Shown here in pieces: positions 11,931 to 21,850 of a stretch of 37,911 nucleotides of DNA. The stretch is from Malacoraja senta. Lineage: Eukaryota. The translations under genes and the position numbers were made by a program. The notes below the pieces were generated by a model. It saw only the letters and a program-made list of their open reading frames with translations. It was not told the origin of the DNA and did not search any database. The stretch spans positions 1-37,911 of the forward strand of contig JAXLNO010000334.1 in assembly GCA_038087875.1 (NCBI GenBank), given 5' to 3'. Every line of letters begins with the position of its first letter. Positions within the stretch are counted from its first letter, which is position 1.

Positions 11931-12199
11931 CTCAGTAACCAAAACAGGCATATATTTGAAGAGCCTCAGGAGATGAGCAAGGTCTTCAATGAGTATTTCT
12001 TCACTGTACAGAAAGACATGAACACTAGGGAACTTGCAGCAGGAAATGGAGAGTCCATATTATGGTTGAGGAGGTGCCGAAACATCTTAAAGCATATGAA
12101 GTTAGATAAATATCCCGGCCTAAAATTTCAGGACCCTTAACTGAGGGCTCAGGCCTTTAACACTAAGGCAGTTCCAGGCTATATTGGGAAAGTTAATCC

Positions 12200-13441
12200 T
12201 TGTTCAAGGCGTACCAGGGCCCCATCCCCGACCTCTACCTCCGCTACATCGACGACTGCTTTGGTGATACCTCCTGCACTCACACACAACTCACTGACTT
12301 CATCCATTTCACCACCAACTTCCATCCGGCACTCAAATACACCTGGACCATTTCTGACACTTCCCCACCATTTCTTGACCTCACTATCTCCATCGCAGGT
12401 AATAGACTACTGACCGACATCCACTATAAACCCACTGACTCCCATGGCTATCTAGACTACACTTCTTCCCACCCTGCTTCCTGTAAGGACTCCATCCCCT
12501 ACTCCCAATTCCTCCGTCTACGCCGCATCTGCTGCCAGGATGACGTTTCCAACACCAGGGCATCGGAGATGTCCTCATTCTTTAGGGAACGGGGGTTCCC
12601 CTCCCCTACTATAGATGAGGCTCTCACCAGGATCCCTTCCATACCCCATAACACTGCACTCTCTCCCCATCCACCCACTCGTAACAAGGGCAGAGTCCTC
12701 CTAATCCTTACCTTCCACCCTAGTTGCCGTCACATACAACAAATAGTCCTCTATCATTTTCTCCACCTACAACGTCACCCCACCACTCACCACATCTTCC
12801 CATCTCCCCCCCTGTCTGCTTTCCACAAAGACCGCTCCCTCCGTAACTCCCTGGTCCGTTCTTCCCTTCCCTCCCGCACCACCCCCTCCCCGGGCACTTT
12901 CCCTTGCAACCGCAAGAGATTCTACACTTGTCGCTTTACCTCCCCCCTCGACTCCATTCAAGGACCCAAGCAGTCATTCCAGGTGCGACAGAGGTTCACC
13001 TGCATCTCCTACAACCGCATCTATTGCATCCGCTGCTCTAGATGTCAGCTGATCTACATCGGTGAGACCAAGCGTAGGCTTGGCGATCGTTTCGCCGAAC
13101 ACCTCCGCTCGGTCGTCAATAACCAATCTGATCTCCCGGTGGCTCAGCACTTCAACTCCTCCTCCCATTCCGAATCCGACCTCTCTGTCCTGGGCCTCCT
13201 CCATGGCCAGAGTGAGCACCACCGGAAATTGGAGGAGCAGCACCTCATATTTCGCCAATATTCGGTAACCCTTATTGTCTCCTCCCCGTCTCAGCTCTCC
13301 CTCAGCCCTCTGGCTCCTCCTCTTCCTTTCTTCTTCCCGCCGCCCCTCCCCCCCCCCCCACCCTACATCAGTCTGAAGAAGGGTTTCGGCCCGAAACGTT
13401 GCCTATTTCCTTCGCTCCATAGATGCTGCCGCACTCGCTGA
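12200..13441 (+). pseudogene. Penelope RT (YIDD) C-terminal half plus GIY-YIG endonuclease; 5'-truncated with a C-terminal deletion
   Basis: YLRYIDDCFG, FLDL, YKPTD, IYCIRC..IYIGET motifs; LGSLHPSGINIDF segment is missing after LIFR, so the frame runs into the UTR. Confidence 0.85.
13371..13402 (+). ncRNA. Minimal hammerhead ribozyme-like motif in Penelope 3' repeat
   Basis: GU CUGAAGA AGGGUUUCGGCCC GAAAC GUU GC: core boxes, stem II, palindromic AACGUU stem III; stem I only about 2 bp. Confidence 0.65.
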
Positions 13442-13562
13442 GTTTCTCCAGCACTTTTGCCTACCTTGGGAAAGTTAAAATTTAGTTTAGTTTAGTTTAT
13501 TATTGTTGTCATGTGTATCTCACCGAGATCCAGTGATAAGTTTTTGTTTGTGTGCTATACTG

Positions 13563-14230
13563 TAGACAACAGACAATAGGTGCAGGAGTGGGCCATTAGG
13601 CACTTCAAGCCAGCACCACCATTCACTGTGATCATGGCTGATCGTCCACAATCAGTACCCCGTTCCTGCCATCTCCCCATATCCCTTGACTCCGTTATCT
13701 TTAAGAGCTCTATCTAACTCTCTCTTGAAAGCATCCAGAGAATTGGCCTCCACTGCCTTCTGAGGCAGAGAATTCCACAGATTGACAACCCTCTGTGTGA
13801 ATTTGTTTTCCCTCATCTGCTTTCTAAATGGCCGACCCATTATTCTTAAACAGTGGCCCCTGGTTCTGAACTCCCCCAACATCAGGAACATGTTTCCTGC
13901 CTCTAGCGTGTCCAATCCCTTAATAATCTTATATGTTTCAATAAGATTCCCTCTCATCCTTCTAAATTCCAGTGTATACAAGCCCAGTCGCTCCATTCTT
14001 TCAACAAATGACAGTCCCGCCATCCCGGGAATTAACCTTGTGAACCTATGCTACACTCCCTCAAAAGCAAGAATGTCCTTCCTCAAAATTGGAGACCAAA
14101 ACTGCACACAATACTCCAGGTGTGGTCTCACTAGGGCCCTGTACAACTGCAGAAGGATCTCTTCGCTCCTACACTCAACTCCTCTTGTTATGAAGGCCAA
14201 CATGCCATTAGCTTTCTTCACTGCCTTCTG
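13563..14230 (-). mobile_element. CR1 LINE 3' fragment
   Basis: [52 protein letters not shown]; 3' UTR and tail. Confidence 0.9.
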
Positions 14231-14342
14231 TATCTGCATACAAAAAAAGACTTTTTGTGAATACAATCAAGTCATCCATTTTGCAAAGATAAAGGATAAA
14301 GACTACAACATTTAGTGCAAAGATATAACATTGAAGTTCGAT

Positions 14343-15051
14343 CTGGGTAGTGTTGTAGAGCAGAGGGATCTAGGAGTACAGGTGCATGGTTCCTTGAAGG
14401 TCAAATCACAGGTAGCTAAGGTGGTCAAAAAGGCTTTTGGCACTTTGGCCTTCATCTTCAGAGTATAGAGTATAGAAGTTGGGAGGTCATGTTGCAGTTG
14501 TATAAGACGTTGGTGAGTGCATTTAGAATATTGTGTTCAGTTCTGGGCATGATGTTATAGGAAAGATATTGTCAAGCTTGAAAGGGTTCAGAGAAGATTT
14601 ACAAGGATATTGCCAGGACTAGTGAGCTGTAGGGAGAGGTTGAGCAGGCTGGGTCTCTATTCCATGGAGCGCAAGAGGATGAGGGGAGATCTTATAGAGG
14701 TATACAAAATCATGAGAGGAATAGATCGGGTAGATGCACAGAGTCTCTTGCCCAGAGTAGGGGAATCGAGGACCAGAGGGCATAGGTTCAAGGTGAAGGG
14801 GAATAGATTTAATAGGGGTAACTTTTTCACACAAAGGGTGGTGGGTGTACGGAACAAGCTGCCAGAGGTAGTTGAGGATGGGACTATGCCAACGTTTAAG
14901 AAACAGTTGGACAGGTCTGGAGGGATATGGACCAAGCGCAGGCAGGTGGGACTAATGCAGCTGGGACAGATATTGTCAAGCTTGGCTGGTGTGGGCGAGA
15001 TGAGCCGAAGGGCCTGTTCCCACACTGCATCACTCTATACTCTATGACTCT
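14343..15051 (+). mobile_element. CR1 LINE 3' fragment
   Basis: RMRGDLIEVYKIMRGIDRV..TRGHRFKV..FFTQRVVG; CTCTAT-type tail. Confidence 0.88.
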
Positions 15052-15118
15052 AAAATCGGTTTAAAGATAGTTCAAAGGGCTCCAATGAGGTCAGGGCCAA
15101 ACTCTAGCTGATGAGAGG

Positions 15119-15321
15119 TGTAAAGGATTGATATCGAGACATCGTTACTTTACTATCTTTATTCATACTGGACATTATACATTGCACTAGCTGTACGTGG
15201 TCTGTCACAGGAACTAGAGAGCGATCTGTGGGTGTGGAGGTTGTAGTTATACTTGTGATATGGGGAGTGGTTAGTGGGTGTGAGGTCACTATGTTAAAGG
15301 CACATGCATATCTCATCTACA
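15119..15321 (-). repeat. 3' LTR
   Basis: Identical by eye to 18312-18514; TGTA..TACA ends; AATAAA on minus strand at 15158-15163. Confidence 0.97.
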
Positions 15322-15333
15322 TCCTTCCTCCCC
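15322..15333 (-). other. Polypurine tract
   Basis: GGGGAGGAAGGA directly before the 3' LTR on the minus strand. Confidence 0.9.
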
Positions 15334-15390
15334 GAAACGACAGGCAAATACAAAGGTGACATGGCGACCACGGCTCATGCGCTAGGATAG

Positions 15391-18312
15391 CTAGGCAACA
15401 TCGCCATAGCGGTCAGGCGGTTTGACCAGACGTCCCGCCCGGGTTCGCGTCTCGCCATCCACCCTTCCTGGAGGAGGAAGAGGCACCAGCGGGGACAGAC
15501 GAACCTGAAAGGGAGAAACGGGAGGAAACGGAAGAGATCGCGGCACCGAAACCGGAGGGGATGCGGGGCCGGGACCGGGGAGAGCGCGGGGAGGCGTCCG
15601 AGGACTAGTCGGAGTGTGTTGGAGCGGAGGGGGCGAAGGAGGAGCAGAGCGAGGCATGCAGGGAATCACGGGCAGGGCAACGGCCGGACGGGACACAGGC
15701 AGCGGGGGAGCAAAGGGATCGGCGGGAGGAGGACGCGGCTCGTGGACGAGCCGAAGGTGCTGGCGAGACCGTCGGTAAATGGTCCCAGCGTAGTCGACGA
15801 AATAGGACCTGGGCGACCCCGCAGAGCCGACGACAGTAGCGAGCTTGGAGTGACCGGGAGTGGTCTGCATACGGACTACTTGACCGGGGAAGAGGGGCGG
15901 CAGCGGGTGGCAGGACCTGTCATGGGACCGCTTTTGGACGTCTTGCCTGAAGGCAATCCGTTTCTGAACCGCCGCAGGTGGAAGGACCGAGGGTATGAGG
16001 GATCGCTGGGCCACCGGGAGTGGGAGCCTGGTAGCGCGAGACAGGAGCCGCTGAGCAGGTGAACCCATGGCAGGGTCGCGAGAGATGTTCCGAAGGCTGA
16101 GGAGGGCCAGGTGGAAGTCGGAGTTAATGCCACCACACTGTTCCAACAGGTGCTTAGCACTGCGGACCGCGCGCTCGGCCAAACCGTTGCTTTGCGGGTA
16201 CTCCGGGCTGCTTGTGAAATGGCGAAAGTTCCATCTGGAAGCGAACGCTTTCAACTCGGAGCTCGTGAACTGGCTGCCATTGTCCGACTGCAGGCTTGCC
16301 GGGGGGCCAAAAGTGCTAAAGTGAGGGTCCAACCTGTCGATGACGGCCGAAGAGGTCACGGAAGGCAGCCGGTCAACCGCAAACCAGCTGGAGTAGAAGT
16401 CAACGAGTACCAGGAAATGTTTGCCCCGCCACTCGAAAATGTCTGTGGCGAGCGCCATCCAGGGCAGTCCGGGCACGGGCTGCTGTAGAAGCGGCTGACG
16501 CTGCTGATGGGGGGCGCGGCTGTTGCAGGTGGAACACGATGAGACCCTCTCCCGGATGTACTTTGCCATATCCGGCCAATAGAACTGTGCCTTGGCGAGA
16601 GACAAAGTGGCTTCGGCCCCAGTGTGACCGCGGTGTGCGACCTGAAAATAGTGGTCGTGCAGCGCCGCGGGCACGACCACTTTGTGACCCTTCACCACCA
16701 CGCCGTCGTGCAATACGAGCTCGTCCCGAATCAGGAAGTAGGGCACGGCTCCAGCCGGCAGTGCCGAGCGACGGTCAGGCCAGCCCTGCCGGATGACGGC
16801 AGACAGCTGTTGCAGGGCAGGGTCGTTGGTAGTGTGTTCAACCAGGGATTTCATCTGTGGCGAGGGGACGAAGTTCAATCGTAGTACTAGTAACTCGGAC
16901 GTTTCGTATTGGTGGCGAGCAGTGGACGTCAGCGGGGCGCGAGACAACGTGTCGGCTACGAACATGTCCTTCCCCTTACGATAAACCACCGTGAACGTGA
17001 AACGCTGGAGCTGCAGCAGCATGCGCTGCAGACGTGATGAGGCCACATGGATCGGTTTGTTGAGGATGGTAACAAGTGGTTGATGGTCAGTTTCAACGGT
17101 GAAAGTGTTGCCCACGATGTAGTCCCGGAATTTGGAGCAGGCAAACAGCACGGCCAGTAGCTCCTTCTCAATCTGCGCGTAGTGCTGTTCGGTGGCGGTC
17201 ATGGTGCGGGACGCGAATGAGACAGGCATCTGCCGGCCGTCATGGACCTGGAGGCAGGCGGCACCGAGTCCGAATTGAGAGGCGTCGCAGGTGAGGACAA
17301 TGGGATGCCGCAGGTCAAAGAACTTGAGCGTGGGTGTGCTGATCAGTTTAGACTTAAGAATGTCAAATGCCTTCTGATGATTGGGTAACCAAAGCCAGGA
17401 AGTGTCCTTTTTGATCAGATCCCTCAGGGGAGCGCTGAGCTCGCTTAGGTCGGGGATGAACTTCCCCAGGTAGTTTACCAAGCCGAGAAAGCGTTGCAGG
17501 CCTGCCACGTTAATAGGAGGAGGCATACCTGAGATGGCAGTCGTTTTCTGCGGGTCAGGCTTCAGCCCCTCAGCGGTGAATACGTGTCCAACATAGGTGA
17601 CCTCCGAGACGCGGAATCGGCACTTCTTGGGGTTCAGTTTCAAGTTGATTTGCCTGGCCCGGTCCAGGATCAGGCGGAGGTTGACATCGTGTTCGGCAAC
17701 ATCCTTACCGTAAACGAGGATGTCGTCAACAATTATGGCGCAAGGCAGATCTGAAAACAACTGTTCCATGGTTCGCTGGAATACCTCGCTGGCAGAGTTG
17801 ATTCCGAAGGGCATTCGGAGGAACCGAAACCTTCCGTAGGGGGTGGCGAAGGTTGTCAAAATGGACGACCGCTCGTCCAGTGGTATCTGCCAGAATGAAC
17901 TCTTGGCATCGAGGACCGAAAAGACCGTTGCTGGACCAACCCGTGCAGCGACGTCTTCCACCGTTCTCATAGGGTAGTGAGGGCGCCGAATGGCCAGGTT
18001 GAGGTCTCTGGGGTTGATGCAGATGCGTATCTCACTCATGTCCTTTTTAGCAGCAACAACCATGGAAGAGACCCAGCTGGTGGGCTCGACGACCGCCTTT
18101 AGGACGCCCATTTGTACCATACTGTGTAGGGTCGCCTCCACTTTGTCCCTCATGGCGAAGGAAATACGGTGAGGAGCATGGACCACAGGAACGATCTTAT
18201 GGTCCACTTCAATCTTGTAGCTGCAGGGTAGTTTGCCTAGCTTATTGGTGTCAGAAGTGGGATTCTGGTCTCCAAGTGGAGGCGTGGGTTCGTATCCCAC
18301 TTCTGACACCAT
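15391..18312 (-). CDS. pol: Pol polyprotein (RT, RNase H, integrase, Pro-rich tail), 973 aa, with tRNA-derived N-terminus
   Basis: LDAKSSFWQ, RMPFG, IIVDDIL (17722-17733), CDASQFGLG, EKELLA, TDHQPL, HRGH..CSTC zinc motif, TDIF/SDNGSQF/GLAERAV DDE; no stops; no CCHC gag or D(S/T)G protease motif. Confidence 0.93.
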   Translation of the reverse strand: MVSEVGYEPTPPLGDQNPTSDTNKLGKLPCSYKIEVDHKIVPVVHAPHRISFAMRDKVEATLHSMVQMGVLKAVVEPTSWVSSMVVAAKKDMSEIRICINPRDLNLAIRRPHYPMRTVEDVAARVGPATVFSVLDAKSSFWQIPLDERSSILTTFATPYGRFRFLRMPFGINSASEVFQRTMEQLFSDLPCAIIVDDILVYGKDVAEHDVNLRLILDRARQINLKLNPKKCRFRVSEVTYVGHVFTAEGLKPDPQKTTAISGMPPPINVAGLQRFLGLVNYLGKFIPDLSELSAPLRDLIKKDTSWLWLPNHQKAFDILKSKLISTPTLKFFDLRHPIVLTCDASQFGLGAACLQVHDGRQMPVSFASRTMTATEQHYAQIEKELLAVLFACSKFRDYIVGNTFTVETDHQPLVTILNKPIHVASSRLQRMLLQLQRFTFTVVYRKGKDMFVADTLSRAPLTSTARHQYETSELLVLRLNFVPSPQMKSLVEHTTNDPALQQLSAVIRQGWPDRRSALPAGAVPYFLIRDELVLHDGVVVKGHKVVVPAALHDHYFQVAHRGHTGAEATLSLAKAQFYWPDMAKYIRERVSSCSTCNSRAPHQQRQPLLQQPVPGLPWMALATDIFEWRGKHFLVLVDFYSSWFAVDRLPSVTSSAVIDRLDPHFSTFGPPASLQSDNGSQFTSSELKAFASRWNFRHFTSSPEYPQSNGLAERAVRSAKHLLEQCGGINSDFHLALLSLRNISRDPAMGSPAQRLLSRATRLPLPVAQRSLIPSVLPPAAVQKRIAFRQDVQKRSHDRSCHPLPPLFPGQVVRMQTTPGHSKLATVVGSAGSPRSYFVDYAGTIYRRSRQHLRLVHEPRPPPADPFAPPLPVSRPAVALPVIPCMPRSAPPSPPPLQHTPTSPRTPPRALPGPGPASPPVSVPRSLPFPPVSPFQVRLSPLVPLPPPGRVDGETRTRAGRLVKPPDRYGDVA
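18263..18311 (+). other. cDNA copy of the 3' half of mature tRNA-Leu(CAA) (extended primer-binding site); not a tRNA gene
   Basis: TTCTGGTCTCCAAGTGGAGGCGTGGGTTCGTATCCCACTTCTGACACCA covers positions 38-76 including variable arm, T arm and CCA; canonical PBS is 18294-18311 on minus strand. Confidence 0.9.
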
Positions 18313-18514
18313 GTAAAGGATTGATATCGAGACATCGTTACTTTACTATCTTTATTCATACTGGACATTATACATTGCACTAGCTGTACGTGGTCTGTCA
18401 CAGGAACTAGAGAGCGATCTGTGGGTGTGGAGGTTGTAGTTATACTTGTGATATGGGGAGTGGTTAGTGGGTGTGAGGTCACTATGTTAAAGGCACATGC
18501 ATATCTCATCTACA
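18312..18514 (-). repeat. 5' LTR
   Basis: Direct repeat of 15119-15321, followed on minus strand by TGGTGTCAGAAGTGGGAT. Confidence 0.97.
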
Positions 18515-18560
18515 AGAGGATCGTTCAGTAGTCTGATATCAACTGGGAAGAAACTGTTCC

Positions 18561-18887
18561 TTTAGTTTTTAGTGTTAATTTTAGAGATACAGCGTGGAAA
18601 CAAGCCCTTCGGCCCACCGAGTTTGCGCTGACCAGTGATCCACGTGCACTAACACTGTCCTACACCCACTAGGGACAATTTACACATACACCAAACCAAT
18701 TAACCTACAAACCTGTACGTCTTTGGAGTGTGGGAGGAAACCGAAGATCTCATAGAAAACCGACGCAGTCACGGGGAGAACGGACAAACTCTGTACAGGC
18801 AGCACCTGTGGTTGGGATCGAACCCAGGTCTCTGGCGCTGCAAACGCTGTAAGACAGCAACCCTACTGCTGCGCCACCGTGCCGCCC
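18561..18887 (-). mobile_element. Full-length V-SINE (HE1-like)
   Basis: Minus strand GGGCGGCACGGTGGCGCAGC A-box, GGGTTCGATCCC B-box, V core and CR1-derived tail. Confidence 0.88.
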
Positions 18888-19324
18888 TAAAGCTGAATCT
18901 GGAGGTGTTTTTTTCTTTCAAACATCTGTACCTGCTGCCTGATGGGACAGGGGAGAAGAGGGAGTGAGCAGGGTGAGACTGGTCGTTGATTATGCTGGTG
19001 GCCTTGCCAAGGTAGCATGGTGTACATGGAGTCGATGGAAGGGAGGCTGATTTGTGTGATGGTCTGGAATCATCATCAGACATAGGGGCAGTGCTGGAAG
19101 ACTGGGGGGTACTTCATGTTGTACCTCTATTTAAGAAGGGCAGCAAGGAAAAAGCCTGGGATCTATAGACCAATGAGCCTAACATCTTTGGTCGACTTGT
19201 TACTGGGGAGGATTCAGAAGGATAAGATCAATGTGCATTTGGAAAGACAGAGGTTGATTAAGGATATGGTTTTGTACGAGAGAGATCATGTCTCACAAAT
19301 TTGATTGAGTTTTTTGAAGAAGTA

Positions 19325-19574
19325 CGGTGGTGCAGCGGTAGAGTTGCTGCCTTACACCGCTTGCAGCACCAAAGACCCGGGTTTGATCCTGACTGCGGGT
19401 GCTTGTCTGTACGGAGTTTGTACGTTCTCACCCCGACCGCTTGGGTTGCCCCAGAGATCTTTGGTTTCCTCCCACATTTAAAAGACGTACAGGTTTTTTG
19501 GTCAATTGACGGTATAAATGGTAATTGTCCTGAAGGGCCTGTTTCCGTGCTGTATCACTAAACTAAACTAAACT
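19325..19574 (+). mobile_element. V-SINE with internal deletion
   Basis: tRNA-like head, V core, (CTAAA)n tail; TSD AAGTA at 19320-19324 and 19575-19579. Confidence 0.85.
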
Positions 19575-20535
19575 AAGTAACCAAGAAGGTTGATGAGGGC
19601 AAGCCCATAGACATTGTTGATATGGCCCTTAGCAAGGCATTTGATACGGTTTGATGTGGTCGGCCTCTCTGTGAGGTAAGATTGCTTGGGATTTAGGGAG
19701 AGTTAGCTGCTGGATAAAGAATTGACGTCATGGAAGGAAACAGAGGGTGGTGATGGACGGTTGGACAAGTGGACTAGTGGAGTGACTAGTGCCACGGGGA
19801 CCAGATCTGGGCAATATATGCTGCTTGCAGTTTATATCAACAATTTAGATGAGAATGTGCAAGGCATGATTATTAAAGTTTGCACATGACACCAATGTAG
19901 GTGGTATCATAGACTGTGATAATAGTTGTCACAATTACAGCAGGACTTCAACAGCTGGGCAAATGAGCTGTACAAGAAAATGGCCAATGGGATTTAGTGG
20001 ACAAGTGTGAGGTGTTGCATTTTGGAAAGCCAAACCAGGGCAGGACCTTCATAGTGAACGGTGGGCCCTGGGAGAGTGTTGTAGAGCAAATGGATCTCGG
20101 AGTACTGCTACATAGTCCACTGAAAGTGGCATCACTGGTAGATTGGGTGGTCAAGAAGACTTCTGGTACATTGGCCTACATCAGTCAGGATATTGATTAT
20201 ATAAGTTGGGATGTTAATGTTACAAGACGTTAGTGAGGCCATATTTGGAGTACTGTGCTCAGTTTTGGTCACCGTGCGATAGGAAGGATGTCATTAAGCT
20301 GGAAAGAGTGCAGAGAAGGTTTACGAGGATGTTGCCAGGACATGAGGGCCTGAGCTATAGTGAGAGATTGGGCATGCTGGGACTTTAAACCTCAGTGCAC
20401 TGAAAGCTAAGGGGTGATTTTATAGAGGTGTATAATATGGAGTTGATAGGGTGAATGCACAGTCTTTAACCCAGGGTAGGGGATTCAAGAATCAGAGGGC
20501 ATAGGTTTAAGAAGTGAGCAACAAGATTTAATAGG

Positions 20536-20661
20536 TCTGAAGAAGGGTTTCGGCCCGAAACGTCACCTATTTCCTTCGCTCCATAGATGCTGCTGCACCC
20601 GCTGAGTTTCTCCAGCATTTTTGTGTACCTTCGATTTTCCAGCATCTGCAGTTCCTTCTTT
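20536..20661 (+). mobile_element. Solo ~126-bp hammerhead mini-element
   Basis: 16-bp TSD AACAAGATTTAATAGG at 20520-20535 and 20662-20677; starts at the (G)TCTGAAGA..GAAACGTC core. Confidence 0.9.
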
Positions 20662-21209
20662 AACAAGATTTAATAGGAACCTGAGTGGCCACTTATTCAT
20701 TGAGAGAGTGGAAAATGGTATGTGGAATAAGCTGCCATAGGAGGTAATGGAGGCAGGTACAATAAAACATGTAAAAAACACTTGGTCAAGTACATGGATT
20801 GGAAAGGTTTGGAGGGAGATGGGTCAAATGCAGGCAAATGGGACAAGATGGGGCCTCTTCTTTGCCATGGATGAATTGGGGTGAGGCCTGTTTCCATGCT
20901 GTATGACACTATAACTCTATTACTCAATAAGTCTTTCTCCATTATAAAGTTCCACACCTTTTATCTTGGGGGACCTACATCAGTATTCAGCAATCTTTCT
21001 TTAAAGGTCTTACAATTCACTTTTATCTTTTTTACATATTCACTCCCATCCTTTGTTTTCTTTTGTTGAATCTAAACTAATCCCAATCCTCAATGTTGCC
21101 CATTTTTTCTAGTCATATATGACAGCTTTTTGAATCTAATCATATCCTTAATAGCTCTGTGGCCAACCTAATTAAAAATTATATCACATTATGGTTATTC
21201 TTCAACAAT

Positions 21210-21422
21210 TGTCATAGTCACAGAGTCATACAACTTGGAAACAGGTCGTTTGGTCCAACCTGCCCATGCTAACCAAGATGCCCTCACTAGTCCCACCTGC
21301 CTGCCCATATCCCTCTAAATATTTCCTATGCATGTTACTGTCCAAATGTCTTTTAACTGTCGTTATGGTACCTGCCTCAACTACCCCGTCTGGCAGCTCC
21401 TTCCATACACCCACCACCCTGT
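21210..21422 (-). mobile_element. CR1 3' end
   Basis: RVVGVWKELPDGVVEAGTITTVKRHLD; GTCATA-type tail. Confidence 0.8.
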
Positions 21423-21729
21423 GATACACAATAATTGTGAATCTAAATTCAGTTAATAAGATGAGATTTAAGAAAGAAATAATAATTAGTAATAACTCCA
21501 CAAAACTATGGTTTGTGATAATAGAGGTTCACTAAAGCCCTTCAGTGAGGAAATCTGCTTTCCTACCTGATCTCGTCAATGTGTGGTTCAAGCCCGTCAT
21601 CAGGGTTGACACTGAAATGGTTTGGCCAGCTACTTTCTCAAGTTCAACCAAGGATGAGTAATATACGCCAGTCTAGCCAGTGATGACCAAAGATATGCAC
21701 ACTGACTTTGAAGTTCAGAAGGACATCGG

Positions 21730-21850
21730 GCATAAGAAATAGGTGTAGAATTAGGCCATTCGGCCCATTAAGTCTACTCTGCCATTCAATCATGGCTGAT
21801 CGATCACTCCCTCCTAACCCCATTCTCCTGCCTTCTCCCCATAACCCCAG
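21730..21850 (-). mobile_element. CR1 3' UTR fragment
   Basis: Reverse of gatcagccatgattgaatggc..gggccgaatggcctaattct. Confidence 0.7.

Larger units (their letters stand above)
10450..12120 (+). pseudogene. Old CR1 ORF2 fragment (APE endonuclease region), interrupted by Penelope pieces
   Basis: GEGVALLIQE, GMYYRPPN, VVIVGDFNFPNIDW, FNEYF, DKYPG motifs in collinear order. Confidence 0.8.
12197..13465 (+). mobile_element. 5'-truncated Penelope-like element
   Basis: 13-bp TSD TTGGGAAAGTTAA at 12184-12196 and 13466-13478; same 3' end as the 821-2076 copy. Confidence 0.92.
15119..18514 (-). mobile_element. Ty3/Gypsy LTR retrotransposon (Mag-like), 3396 bp, lacking gag and protease
   Basis: Two 203-bp TG..CA LTRs, TSD AGAGG at 15114-15118 and 18515-18519, tRNA-Leu PBS, PPT, RT-RNaseH-IN domain order. 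Confidence 0.97.
13480..19067 (-). mobile_element. Rex1-type LINE 3' fragment broken into pieces by nested insertions
   Basis: Pieces at about 13480-13562, 14235-14340, 15052-15118, 18515-18560 and 18890-19067; the last encodes CYLGKATSIINDQSHPAHSLFSPVPSGSRYR; AATAAA and (CTAAA)n tail at 13480-13503 on minus strand. Confidence 0.6.
19068..20915 (+). pseudogene. Old CR1 ORF2 RT region and 3' end, with SINE and hammerhead-unit insertions
   Basis: PLFKKG..YRPMSLTSLV, LIEFFEEV, DKCEVLHFGK, RPYLEYC motifs; many stops. Confidence 0.85.

Noticed and set aside
15104..15316. Duplicated small ORF (also 18237..18509)
   Set aside because: Simply the two LTR copies; no coding evidence.
15616..16984. Plus-strand ORFs overlapping pol
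   Set aside because: Antisense shadows of a GC-rich coding region.
17722..17733. RT catalytic motif IVDD instead of YxDD as a sign of inactivation
   Set aside because: Both aspartates are intact and non-Tyr variants are known in this Gypsy group.
18263..18311. tRNA-Leu gene
   Set aside because: Only the 3' half is present, with encoded CCA and no D arm or anticodon; it is primer-derived.
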